The notes below the pieces were generated by a model. It was given only the letters and a program-made list of their open reading frames with translations. It searched no databases and was not told the DNA's origin. A program made the translations under genes and the position numbers. A stretch of 63,747 bases of DNA, counting the filler, from Octopus bimaculoides (lineage: Eukaryota), in assembly GCF_001194135.2 (NCBI RefSeq). It is 6 parts of 6 records of this genome, joined end to end, with 100 filler letters (N's around TTAATTAATTAA, not from the genome) between each part and the next. Parts side by side here need not be neighbours in the genome. Positions count along the whole stretch, not along the records: positions 1 to 24,456 come from NC_068989.1; 5 more parts are not named here. One strand, given 5' to 3'. Below are positions 1-13,099 of this stretch, in pieces (position 1 is the stretch's first letter; every line of letters starts with the position of its first letter).

Positions 1-61
1 CAAGTAAAAGAATAAAAGAATATATAAAGTAAAAGAATAAAAGAATATATATATATATATA

Positions 62-561
<500 letters not shown>

Positions 562-1649
562 GTCTTACCACACAAACACGTCGGCGCCTATACTAATGAC
601 GTTATAAGAATTCAAAGACTTCGAAATCGTGAAATAATTCTTTTGGGGAACGGTGAATCTCGAAGCAAATAAACCCATGAATTACATCCAGTTAATGTTG
701 GGTACATACATACATACATACATACATACATACATACATACATACATACATACATACATGCATGCATAGACAGACAGACAAACAAATAGTTTGTGTGTGC
801 GCACGTACATAGCCGGTTTTATGTTACATCCGTTTCTGCTTAAATAAAAAAACTATACAGCGTCGAGCTCTGCTCTTAGGTGCGGGGGAGCAAAAGCTGT
901 TTTTATGATTGGCGACTTGACAATTAATAACCTGGGGCATGTTGGTAATACTACAATGATTGTACACAGCAAGAAGAAAAAGAAGAACAACAACAACAAT
1001 AACAACAACAACAATATTAACAATAATAATAATGATAATAGTATACATTGCGTTGTTCTTAATGAGTAAAGCAGAAATGAGTAAAAAGCCGACCTGTCAC
1101 TAAACGATGTGTGAGAGAAAAAGAAAAAAGACAACTAAGGTTATGTCAACAGAAATAATGAATGAATTTGTTTCAGACAGTCGGAAGTCGAGGAGAAGTT
1201 GATAGCTCTGCATTTCTGGAAATCCAATTGTGAAAAATAATGAGAAATATAAATGATCCTTGCAGAGAGCCAGTTACTGGCTGAATTTAATCCTATAGGC
1301 AAAGATTCTGTTGTTCACAAGTGCATGACATGAATCAATAAAAAGAAAAGATTTTTTTGAAAAGACGAATGACATTGGAAAGACAACCAGATAACGAGCG
1401 AATCTAAGATCAGAGTAGTTGTGCATAGGAGATAAAGTTAATAGCTTTGTGATTTATAATCCCAGAGATTTAGGTAAGCTGGATTGTGTGATGAAGTGGT
1501 TCATGTGTATGCGTGCATTGTTTGGTTAGTGGTGGAATAGGGTGTCCGTGATCTTTATAGGGGTTCTTTGACTGTTGAAGGTTAGGGAGGAGAAACCACA
1601 GCTGATCAATTGATTTTAGGTCTTAGGTATGTCACGAGGCTTACAGGCT

Positions 1650-1853
1650 AATTAAGCCAGAGTTTATCCTAGTTTTCATGGCGTATAAACGATCGAGAAT
1701 ACTATAGACTACCCTCCAGCCGTTTCCGGTAATTATTTTTGGCTGAGTGAACTGGAATAACATGAAATCAAGTATTTTACCCGGTCCTGGAATCGAAACA
1801 ACGACCTTACAATTGTTAGTCCAAAACCCTAAACACAAGGTCACGTGCATCCA
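1650..1853 (-). mobile_element. tRNA-derived SINE, family D (decayed)
   Basis: Reverse complement shows a tRNA-like head with B-box-like TTCGATTCC, then ..CCAGTTCACTCAGC; homologous to 12537-12858 and 28810-29085. Confidence 0.6.
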
Positions 1854-1999
1854 CAATATCAGTTGTTACAACCCATCCAAATGGGCTTCAGCATAGATTC
1901 CGTCGACAGTTTCACGCACAAGACTTAGGTTCCTTTGTTCTTATTGTAGAAGACAAAGATAAGACTGTTGTTTGCATGTTTGTTTGTAAGTTGTTGTTG

Positions 2000-2160
2000 T
2001 TGTTGTTTAATCCGAGATCTGCTTGAAGGGTGTGGCAACTGAAACTATCACATCTAGGACCATATTGTCTAATGTATCTCCTAATTAAGAGAGCAGGATG
2101 TAATTTGAGGGATTATCGACAACTATTTCTAGCAGGCCAAGTGATCTCGTAAATTCCCAC
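2000..2160 (-). repeat. Dispersed repeat family E (CACTTGGCCTGCTAGAAATAG...AAACAACAAC)
   Basis: Homologous copies on + at about 33320-33490, 33690-33890 and 34335-34450. Confidence 0.55.
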
Positions 2161-2610
2161 AGTTAGAAAATATTGTAAACAAGTTTACCCTATTTTTCCC
2201 TATTTCGTTTCAGTCGATTCGAACTCACAATTTTGTGTGCTTTAGTAAATCTTCCTTTATTTCAATTATTCCTACCAGAGCCCCCCACCAAGTCACATTT
2301 TTTCCTGCAATCATTAAACTGCAGATGTTCACACTCAGCATCAGGAGCATCAACCTCACTAATCTGCAAAGGTCATGAGTGCTGTCCAAATTCTGCCTAA
2401 CTTAAAAAAAAATAAATACACGATTGCACTGTCTGCACAGACGTTTCTATGGAAATCCAGCAATGTAAAACCAATTGCTATGGAAACAAATATAAAGTCG
2501 ATATATTGGTTTTTCTCATTTGAGCGGCTGTTTTGGAGGGGAAGAAGTTCTATGGGTGAGAAAGCAGCAAAATTTACTTAACTCACGAAAGGAACATCCA
2601 TTCATTTCAG

Positions 2611-2974
2611 TATTGATGCAGAATGTTTGGAGCTGTTCGGAGTTGTTCGGAGTTGTTCGGTGTTGTTTAAATACTGGCTGCGGATATGGTTACGTGATGA
2701 AGGAGTTTATTTTGTAACCTTGTGGCTTCTAGTTGGGTTCTTTCCCAATGCGCAGCATCTTGAGCATTTGTCTTCTATTATAGTCTCTGCTGAGACCAAA
2801 CTACTGTACATAGAATTCCGTAAACGAAAATTGTACCGAAAACTGTGCATAATTGCCAAGCTTCTACTCATGCCATTGTCGCCGCCATCCACTTCAACAT
2901 CACTGTCACTAATGATTGGCAATGTTGTCATTGTTGGCGATCGTAACACCGTCACTATTGCTATGGACTGTTTG
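2611..2974. other. Unique-sequence region open on both strands; possible exon of an unidentified gene
   Basis: + strand: TTCATTTCAG acceptor (ends 2610), one frame open to a GTGAGT donor at 2975. - strand: ORF 2707-3000 behind a CAAACAG acceptor. No recognisable domain. Confidence 0.25.
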
Positions 2975-3390
2975 AGTGAGTAGGGTAAAATAGCATGCAT
3001 TTTTTACCTTTATTATTTTGCTGAATAGGAGAGTCGACAAGCAGACGGCACCGAGCATCGGTTCTACCATAAAACATAGTAACATCAATTATGAAAAAAC
3101 TCGTGGAACCTCATAAGAAATAATTCAAACGTTTATCGTGCCATTTCATACGAATAAAATAGTAACTTGGGATAGGAATAAAATTTATGCGTATGCAAAA
3201 TGTGCTGTAAGGGAAACGAATTTTCTCTTTTTTTTTTTCACATATATAACCATGCATGTGTAGCATAAGCGCATATTCCATACAAGTGTAACAGACACAT
3301 AATTCATACATATATCAATCAAGCACTCAGTATAAAGAAATAAGTTTAAATTTCCAACAATCAGATACTAGTAAATATATATATATATAT

Positions 3391-3516
3391 TACTCTTTTA
3401 CTCTTTTACTTGTTTCAGTCATTTGACTGTGGCCATACTGGAGCACCGCCTTTTAGTCGAGCAAATCGACCCCGGGACTTATTCTTTGGAAGCCTAGTAC
3501 TTATTCTTTTTGCCGA
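3391..3516 (-). mobile_element. SINE family A tail running into a gap
   Basis: TACTCTTTTACTTGTTTCAGTCATTTGACTGTGGCCATACTGGAGCACCGCC, nearly identical to 62-160. Confidence 0.85.
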
Positions 3517-4715
3517 NNNNNNNNNNNNNNNNNNNNNNNNNNNNNNNNNNNNNNNNNNNNNNNNNNNNNNNNNNNNNNNNNNNNNNNNNNNNNNNNNNNN
3601 NNNNNNNNNNNNNNNNNNNNNNNNNNNNNNNNNNNNNNNNNNNNNNNNNNNNNNNNNNNNNNNNNNNNNNNNNNNNNNNNNNNNNNNNNNNNNNNNNNNN
3701 NNNNNNNNNNNNNNNNNNNNNNNNNNNNNNNNNNNNNNNNNNNNNNNNNNNNNNNNNNNNNNNNNNNNNNNNNNNNNNNNNNNNNNNNNNNNNNNNNNNN
3801 NNNNNNNNNNNNNNNNNNNNNNNNNNNNNNNNNNNNNNNNNNNNNNNNNNNNNNNNNNNNNNNNNNNNNNNNNNNNNNNNNNNNNNNNNNNNNNNNNNNN
3901 NNNNNNNNNNNNNNNNNNNNNNNNNNNNNNNNNNNNNNNNNNNNNNNNNNNNNNNNNNNNNNNNNNNNNNNNNNNNNNNNNNNNNNNNNNNNNNNNNNNN
4001 NNNNNNNNNNNNNNNNNNNNNNNNNNNNNNNNNNNNNNNNNNNNNNNNNNNNNNNNNNNNNNNNNNNNNNNNNNNNNNNNNNNNNNNTATATATATATAT
4101 ATATATATATATATGAATTTTTCCTGTGACATGGAATTTTGGGACGTGCCAGCAGATGGTTCTTAGACCATTTAGCATGTAATCAAAGTCGGCGATGTAG
4201 CTTACAGCTGTTTTTTTTTCGGTACGCGGCATTGAAAAGTCACAACAATGACGAAACATCGACGTCTGTCGCTCCGGGAAGGGACTTGGTGTGAGTTGTC
4301 TTGCTTGCTTATGACTTTCAGGTGTTTTTAAACCAGGCGCATTGAGGATATATTCTCTTACACCTAAAACGCCATCAACCCACGAACTAACAACATATAC
4401 ACCTTCTGTGTGTGTGTGTTCGATTTTGTTTATATATGTATATATATCTGTCCCGGGTGTGATTTTAAACTGCATCCAGTTTTGGAGTGCTTATTCGGGA
4501 GTTCCAGGATTTTGAAGAGTTTGGAACCACTTCTTAGCCACTATTGTTTTTAGGTCTACTCTCACCTGGGGTAGTAGCTCCCCCTAGGATCTCAACTGTT
4601 GGGTAAATAGCAATGTATGCAAGAAATTCTAAGCACAAACCCTTACTGCATTTGTGAATGCCTTGGGAAAAGAAAATGTTATGAGAGACAACTTCGACTG
4701 CACATCAAGTCGTGG

Positions 4716-4847
4716 AGACATCTCCTCCAGCTGGCAACGACACGCATTCCGTGTCCGATTAGGGCTAGAGATGGGAGCGATGACCTCCCCTCGCAAATAC
4801 TAATCGGACACTGAATGGGTGTCGTTATCCAGCTGGAGGAGATGTCT
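4716..4847. repeat. Inverted repeat / long hairpin (47-48 bp arms, 37-nt loop)
   Basis: AGACATCTCCTCCAGCTGGCAACGACACGCATTCCGTGTCCGATTAG (4716-4762) pairs with 4800-4847 with about 3-4 differences. Confidence 0.9.
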
Positions 4848-4961
4848 TCTTGGGGTTATAAACGTCAATAGCACTGTCAATACGACACCACATTTGGTTG
4901 GCAATTATATGTTACGATTCCATACTGTTATTGTTTATATCTCGGTCATATGTGTGTATTC

Positions 4962-5009
<48 letters not shown>

Positions 5010-5627
5010 GTATATAGGTATATACTAGCTGACGCACACACACACATTTACTAACGTACACACAGATAATCACGAATTTAAAATGGTGTATAGTAGACAT
5101 ATGTATGTTTGTATGTATGTATGTATGTATGTATGTATTATGTACTTATACATGCATATATATGAATGTATAAGTATGTGCGTGTCTGTGTGAGTGTGTT
5201 TCTTTGCGATGGACAACAGAAGAGTCACATGTCCCTTCTCTCCTTAAAGCTACGTATTCGCCACGCCCACCTTTCTTTCCCTTCCTCTGCATTTTAAAAG
5301 TTGCTTATGACAGTTGTATTAACGTTTTCATCCCACTGCCACTCCATATTTGTCGCTTACACAACGCTGTTCACCCCTTCCCTGACATTCACTATGTGAC
5401 TACATTTCCCTCACATTAACACTCTTTTCACCCTTCTCATTTTATCAAATAATAGCAACCCTCTAGGAGGGCCCATTATACATTTTACTGAAATCCAATT
5501 AGCCTATAATTGAACTGGATGTTAGTTTGATATGTATGCAAAGCTTCGTGAAGATTGGTTCACTGGTGTAGGTAGTAAGATGGTAAGAGACAGATCGAGT
5601 AAGATGGTGGTAAGATGGTAAGAGACA

Positions 5628-5885
5628 GGCGAGCTGGCAGAAACGTTAGCACGCCGGGCGAAATGCTTAGCGATATTTCGTCTGCCGCTATGTTCTGAGT
5701 TCAAATTTTGCCGAGGTCGACTTTGCCTTTCATCCTTTCGGGGTCGATTAGATAAGTACCAGTTACGCACTGGAGTCGATTAGATAAGTACCAGTTACGC
5801 ACTGGGGTCGATATAATCGACTCAATCCGTTTGTTTGCCCTTGTTTGTCCCCTCTGTGTGTAGCCCCTTGTGGGTAGTTAAGAAA
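5628..5885 (+). mobile_element. tRNA-derived SINE, family C, with 10-bp TSD
   Basis: Head GGCGAGCTGGCAGAAACGTTAGCACGCC, B-box GAGTTCAAAT, central CCTTTCATCCTTTCGGGGTCGAT; flanked by TAAGAGACAG at 5619-5628 and 5886-5895. Confidence 0.9.
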
Positions 5886-6253
5886 TAAGAGACAGATCGA
5901 CAAACAGAAATTGCCATTTATGTATAAGATATATACGTATATATATACTAAGTGTGCGTGTGTGTGTGTGTGTGTGCGTGTGTGTATGTGTGTGTGTGCA
6001 TTTGTGTATGTATGTATGTGTGCATATATATATTATATTATACTCTGTGGGCATTGAAACTTGTCCGTAGGTTTGATAATATGACAGGAAGAAAACTGAC
6101 CACTTCTGTCTCCCAGTTTCAAGTATTTATATCCGATAGCATATTCGGGCGAGCAATATATGCACAGTAACTAAGACATACGCTGCTGGTAAAAACGCTA
6201 AGTTTAGAAACACATATACATACACACTTTTGTGTATGTGTATATGCGCTTGA

Positions 6254-6287
<34 letters not shown>

Positions 6288-6661
6288 NNNNNNNNNNNNN
6301 NNNNNNNNNNNNNNNNNNNNNNNNNNNNNNNNNNNNNNNNNNNNNNNNNNNNNNNNNNNNNNNNNNNNNNNNNNNNNNNNNNNNNNNNNNNNNNNNNNNN
6401 NNNNNNNNNNNNNNNNNNNNNNNNNNNNNNNNNNNNNNNNAAACTTTAGATATAGGATAAAATCTTTATAAGAATTTATCAAGTAGTCAGTGTGAAAATC
6501 ATATAAGGGAAAAATTTATAATTATTCCCTTTAAATGTATGTATGTATGTATGTATGTATGTATGTATGTATATACATACATACATTTAGATGTATATGT
6601 ACATATGTGTGTGTGTAAGTGTGTGTGTGTATGTATATTATATAGAGAGAGACACAGACAG

Positions 6662-7006
6662 AGTAAGCCAGTATATGGTAAGAAGTTTTTTTCTCAGTCA
6701 CAGGCTTTCGGGTTCAATACCACTGCGTAGCACGTTGGACAATAATCTTCAACAAATAGCCTTGTGACTGGTCTTGGTAGACGAAAAATGAAACCCGTCG
6801 TATACATGTGTGTGTGTGTCTACCACTGCCGCTAGACAGCCGTTGCTGGTTTGTTTACGTCCCGTAAATTAGCGATTCGGCAAGCGTAACCGATAGAATA
6901 AATACTAGGCTTAAAAACATAAATACTAGGGACGATTTGCTCAGCTAAACGCTTGAAGGTGGTGCCCCAGCATGGACGCAGTACAATGATCGAAACAAGT
7001 AAAAGT
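6662..7006 (+). mobile_element. SINE family A, full-length, decayed
   Basis: tRNA-like head (GGGTTCAATACCACTGCGT), (TG)n body, tail GGTGGTGCCCCAGCATGGACGCAG...GAAACAAGTAAAAG. Confidence 0.8.
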
Positions 7007-7316
7007 TATATACATACATACATACATACATACATACATACACACACACACACGTACGTACATACATACATACATACATACATACATACATACATACATA
7101 CATACATGCTTACATGCGTAGGAGTTGAATAGAAAAGCGATATCGGTATGTATTTACAATTGTATAAAGTACATATTTCATTTTACGCAACGGCATACAG
7201 TAGAACACAGATACACACATCCACTCATACGCACTTAGTTATACTGCTCACATGTGTATATACATGCATACATAAATACATACATACATGCGTACATACA
7301 TACATACATACATACA

Positions 7317-7349
<33 letters not shown>

Positions 7350-7539
7350 TCATGGGCGTCGCCAGCATAAGACGTGCAGGCGTAGAGGACCGTTTAAAAC
7401 ATATTTTTGAGCCTTCACATTTATACTGACTCCTACAGCTTAAATCATTAACTGGTTTATTTCTCCCATTATAAGAGAAACATCTTTTACCTACCAACGT
7501 AGCGTTATTCTGAGCGGATTTTAGAAATATACCTTATAA

Positions 7540-8242
7540 CAGTGGCGGCTCGTGTATAGGTACTGCGGAACTGCAACACCCCCTATTTCCACTCGATATT
7601 ATCGATAACATTCAAAGTCCTTTTTTTCTTTAATTCTTTCTTTATACTTGTACATTATATAATCCTTAAGCTTAATGTCAGTAGCCATCCCCTAGTTTAT
7701 GAAAAAAATGCAAAAGTCCTTATTTAGAATTGTGAACTTCACAGTTCTAGCGACGCAGTGTTTGTCTGTTGTGCGCATGCTCACATGTTTGAGATAGGAA
7801 GCTGCATGCTAGGGAGAGAGAGCACTGTCGTTCACGCAGTGCCGACCCTTATGTTCTGGTGAAAGGTAGTGTTTCTTTTTGAATCCGCGTGTGTTATGCT
7901 TAAAACATGTTTCTATTCATGAATGTGATAAAGTGTAGAATTAGATTATTATCCTGCTTCCAGCTTCAGTGTTGCTGACAGGATTTGAAAAATAGGGCAC
8001 ATCCCTCCTCACCCCTTATTTTGTGATTTGGGGGGAATTTTTTGAAAAACAAGGGGGAATTCGCGGTGATGTTCAGTGAACAAATTAAACACACTACTCG
8101 ACAGTGGTTAAAACGTGAACCGATCAAGTTTATGTATAGATTTTCTTTTTATATGTCTGTTTCCTTTTACACAATATTAAAACAACGGCTAATTTTTTTC
8201 TGAAGCAGCATCCCCACTAATTTTATCTACGAACCGCCACTG
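7540..8242. mobile_element. Non-autonomous hAT-like DNA transposon (MITE)
   Basis: TIRs CAGTGGCGGCTCGT / ACGAACCGCCACTG (13/14 match); 8-bp direct repeat ACCTTATA at 7531-7538 and 8243-8250 (one extra A before the left TIR). Confidence 0.8.
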
Positions 8243-8619
8243 ACCTTATATCACATGGAATTTCGCTAAAACGATTATGGCTGAAACTAACACCGCCACC
8301 ACTGACGACGACAGCACAACAACACCAGTAAGCTACCTATGAAGACGTAAGTACTCATCTCAATTTATTTGGACCCTACATCTCGACCAAGATCTACTTT
8401 GAAAAAGTCCGTGAAGACCCTTTTATCAGATATATGAATCAACCAACTGACTCGTACATTACAAATACAATCTGTAAGCGGGATAGCACATAGATTTCAT
8501 ATCTGATTTGGACTAGAGCTGCAGTTAAGTTCTGATCTTTGTGAATCTTAAAATGTGCTTTAAGGCCTCCGTTAGATTTGCAGACCTTATGGCATACATG
8601 GCATTGAAAGATGTGCACA

Positions 8620-8868
8620 GATATATAGGCAGACATTTACACATACATATATATGTATGTGTGTATTGTGTATGTGTCTTTATGTTGGTGTTGTGCTTGT
8701 CCCCCACCATCGCTTGATGGTTTGCTTACGTTTCTGTAATATAGCGGTTCGGCAAATGAGCCCGATAAAATAAGTACCAGACTTTAAAAATAAGTACTGG
8801 GACGATTTGACTAAATCTTTCTGGACGGTGCTCCAGCATGGCCGCAGGCCAATGACTGAAATAACTAA
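8620..8868 (+). mobile_element. SINE family A, 3' half
   Basis: CCCCCACCATCGCTTGA...AGCGGTTCGGCAAA...GGACGGTGCTCCAGCATGGCCGCAG. Confidence 0.8.
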
Positions 8869-9094
8869 AAAAAATATAAATTAAAAACATGTTACTACTT
8901 TTGCACAAATATCCCAGCTATGTTTATTAATCCCAACGAGACAAAATTAAACGCATTCCCAAAGGAAAGAATGCAATTTTCTTATAACGATCGAAAAATT
9001 TCTCGCTTCCGAATGCCGCCTCGGGTCAATAGTATTTTAGGAGCGACTGGTATGTAATATAGTGAAGTGTCAAACTCGATGTAGTAAGACTCTT

Positions 9095-9115
9095 TGAGTC
9101 ATGTTACTGACGTCA
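9095..9115. promoter_or_regulatory. Adjacent AP-1 and CRE consensus sites (putative)
   Basis: TGAGTCA at 9095-9101 and TGACGTCA at 9108-9115 in non-repeat-looking DNA. Motif match only. Confidence 0.2.
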
Positions 9116-9224
9116 CGTATCTAACGTTATAGGTTATGCGACTCCAGTGTTGTGAGAAGACGTCGGAAATACATGCTTGAATTCTTCTTAAGAGGCTGGA
9201 ATTTACATTATTATTTTTAACGTG

Positions 9225-9551
<327 letters not shown>

Positions 9552-9611
9552 ATGCATGTATGTATGTATGTGTGCGAGTATATTCTTTTTTTTCTCTCTT
9601 TTTAATTTAGA

Positions 9612-9950
9612 GTAAATTTTGACCGGCCACCTACTTGGTGGTAGGACCTTGAAGGAAAGTATCTTGTTTTACCCGTCCTCCTATAAATCTTATGAAGAAT
9701 ATTGCAGATTTTTGTAGTCCCAGATATCGCGATCATTTATAGCGTATTAATTAAGGATTTACATTCTCTCCCCAAGATTCCAAATTCAGCCATACTTTGC
9801 TCCAGATGAGTTGACATGTATCCTGTTGCTCCACTGACAATGGATACGAAGCTAAAAGTGTACCTTGGGTACTGAGTTTGTAAACTCCTTAACAATGTTC
9901 CATAGATGTCCTCTTTCTCTTGTATTTTTCTAACCACATTCGTGTCCAGA
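9612..9950 (-). mobile_element. RLE-type non-LTR retrotransposon 3' fragment (family B)
   Basis: ORF 9737-9937 EKEDIYGTLLRSLQTQYPRYTFSFVSIVSGATGY resembles the C-terminus of a restriction-like endonuclease; homologous to 13980-14200 and 17430-17640. Confidence 0.75.
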
Positions 9951-9959
9951 GGGCATGTT

Positions 9960-9991
<32 letters not shown>

Positions 9992-10564
9992 TACATGCAT
10001 GTATGTATGTATGTATGTATGTATGTATGTGTACATAACGAGTTTCTTTTAATTTCCATCTACCAAATCCACTCACGAGACTTTAGTTAGTCTGTGTCTA
10101 TATTAAAAGACATGTCACTTAGTGGGACTGAACCCGGAACTTCTTACCATACAACTACACTGCACCTTTATTATTGAACATTTACACAGAACAATTTCTG
10201 TGGGTTTTTTTTATCGTTGAAAACATAAATTCATAAGTGTGGACAGACTCTCTAATGATTTATATCTACATCAAAATTGTCAAAGCATTAAAGGGGTCTT
10301 ATGATACAAAAATCTACAATAAGATTCAGTTTTCCCATTCGTTTGGTTATTTAGATGTAAAAAGAGAGTGGTGGGGCCATAGCCGTTATAGATCATCACA
10401 CACTGTTAATCTTGATGTAGGTGTTTGTATATGGACACAGATAGAAGTGGTGATTAAAGTTCTTAGAAGGAAGTAGTGAGCAAAGTGCTTCGTGAGATTT
10501 GAAAATGAGACGCAATAAGGGTGACGAGAGAGAAAATGGCAGATGCAGCCTGTGGGTTTGAGTT

Positions 10565-10626
10565 CAAGTAGTACGCAAGTAGTACGCAAGTAGTACGCAA
10601 GTAGTACGCAAGTAGCACGCAAGCAG
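10565..10626. repeat. 11-bp minisatellite (CAAGTAGTACG) x about 5.6
   Basis: Four perfect units, then CAAGTAGCACG and CAAGCAG. Confidence 0.95.
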
Positions 10627-11789
10627 AGACAAAGGGAAGAGACATTGCGTATGTCAGTCAGAAGTTGTAGCGTGTTAGGTTGAAACTTTGCCAATCAACC
10701 AGACGTTGTCTAGAAATGTTTGAAGGTGTGGCAGTAACACTGTCCCATAACACGCGCGCGCTCACAGATATCTATGCATGTATGTATGTACGTATCTATG
10801 TGCAAATATATGTGTGTCTGTCTGTGTGTGTGTGTGTTGTTGGATTTCGGGACGGGCATTTTTTTTTTTTTTTGCCAAATAAACACACGTACTAGTATTA
10901 GTTCTATTAGTATTACACATATTAGTTCTTCACTCGTTTATTACGGTTCTTATTTTAACTCATGTCCATCGTCCGGAAATCTTTCGTCACACACCCGTAA
11001 CCTCATCAGCGACACTTTCCGTCCTCATGTGTGCTCCTTTTCCACTTAGTTCATTATATTCTTCTCTGATGTGTATCTTTATATGCGCATGCGTTTGCGT
11101 CTGTATTTGTATGCGTGCGTGCGTTTGCAATACAAATTCATAAAGATATTGTATATNNNNNNNNNNNNNNNNNNNNNNNNNNNNNNNNNNNNNNNNNNNN
11201 NNNNNNNNNNNNNNNNNNNNNNNNNNNNNNNNNNNNNNNNNNNNNNNNNNNNNNNNNNNNNNNNNNNNNNNNNNNNNNNNNNNNNNNNNNNNNNNNNNNN
11301 NNNNNNNNNNNNNNNNNNNNNNNNNNNNNNNNNNNNNNNNNNNNNNNNNNNNNNNNNNNNNNNNNNNNNNNNNNNNNNNNNNNNNNNNNNNNNNNNNNNN
11401 NNNNNNNNNNNNNNNNNNNNNNNNNNNNNNNNNNNNNNNNNNNNNNNNNNNNNNNNNNNNNNNNNNNNNNNNNNNNNNNNNNNNNNNNNNNNNNNNNNNN
11501 NNNNNNNNNNNNNNNNNNNNNNNNNNNNNNNNNNNNNNNNNNNNNNNNNNNNNNNNNNNNNNNNNNNNNNNNNNNNNNNNNNNNNNNNNNNNNNNNNNNN
11601 NNNNNNNNNNNNNNNNNNNNNNNNNNNNNNNNNNNNNNNNNNNNNNNNNNNNNNNNNNNNNNNNNNNNNNNNNNNNNNNNNNNNNNNNNNNNNNNNNNNN
11701 NNNNNNNNNNNNNNNNNNNNNNNNNNNNNNNNNNNNNNNNNNNNNNNNNNNNNNNNNNNNNNNNNNNNNNNNNNNNNNNNNNNNNNNNN

Positions 11790-11839
<50 letters not shown>

Positions 11840-12536
11840 CTCTCGTGTTTTGTTGAAGTTTATCAAGTGATCAAGAGTGGTGTTTTTCAGTGTTTCCTAA
11901 TCCTGTAGGGGAGGCCTGCTTTGAGAATAGAGTTCTGATTATGTAGCCACCGTGAAAGATGACTACAAATTATGAGTTCTGGCAAGGAATCGATAATCAA
12001 AAGCTATTGTCAGAATACATTCAATTTCTCCGCGCAGAAACTCTGAAAGACACTGTGAGAGGAAATACATTTAGTACCGAGATACTTTAATATTAGAAAC
12101 TGAATTTTTTGCGCAATCTCGGAATTATATTTAGCAACGATACCATTCTTCGGTGCCAAGACTGCTAAGCGGGTAACAACCTTCAGGTAAATGACGATCT
12201 TGATCTTAAGAACATTTATGTAAAAACAAAGTGAGTCATGATGAATTTGCCTGAAATATATTTATTCTCTGCCGATCTAACTGCTATTCCTAGTTTTTGG
12301 CCATCTTTAGCGTCAAGCCCACCAACAAACTGGAAGAAATCCAGTAAGCATTTGCGAACCAAAATTACATTTTTTAAGTACTGAGTTCGATCAAAAAGCC
12401 TAACGATTCTAGCAAAAATGGAAAGGATAAACTATTATTAAAATTTAGATCTTAATGCGACTACAACCAGATTTGGAATTATATATAAAACGTAGCTATT
12501 TCAAAATTACGCCGACATCTTAATTGCTAGTTTAGA

Positions 12537-12858
12537 GACGCATGGCTCAGTGGTTAGAGAGGGTCGGGCTCACAGTCATGAGGTAGTGAGTTCGGTTCCC
12601 GGATCGGGTTGTATGTCGAGTTCTTGAGCAAGACATTTTATTCCACGTTTCCTCTAGTTCACTCAGCTGTAGAGATGAGTTGCGACATTACTGGTGCCAA
12701 GCTGTGTCGGCCTTTGCCTTTCCCTTGGATAACATCAGTGGCGTGAAAAGGGGAGGCTGGTATCCATGAACAACTTTGCCTAGACTTGGGCTTTGAAGGG
12801 TAACTTTCTAGGTGCAATCCTATGGTCATTCATGATAGAAGCGGATCTTTACCCTTTT
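12537..12858 (+). mobile_element. SINE family D
   Basis: A-box TGGCTCAGTGG, B-box GAGTTCGGTTCC, then CTTGAGCAAGACATTTTATT...GTTCACTCAGCTGT. Confidence 0.7.
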
Positions 12859-13099
12859 AGTTTAGAGACATTTTTGGCGTCACACAGGACCGAAAATATT
12901 ATGATTCCAAGTATCAATACTTCGAAAACTCCTTAAGAATAGAATCAGAAACATTCGAATCAGATTAGATTACAAGTGGTTTTACTTTAAGAATATTAAT
13001 AGGGCTTCGCGAGTGAATGGTGTCTACTGTCATAATCAACAAAATTATATATGTAGTGGTTTTAGGTCTATGTCAGTGTGCTTGTGTAATCATACATAT

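Noticed and set aside
3410-4475. Long ORFs of 200-320 aa (also at 11.1, 43.7, 45.2, 46.6, 50.1 and 61.4 kb)
   Set aside because: Their length comes from runs of N translated as X.
8278-8352. ATGGCTGAAACT... followed by GTAAGC/GTAAGT donors (MAETNTATTDDDSTTTP)
   Set aside because: Low-complexity ACC/ACA sequence next to a MITE, with no homology or second exon; donor-like hexamers are common.
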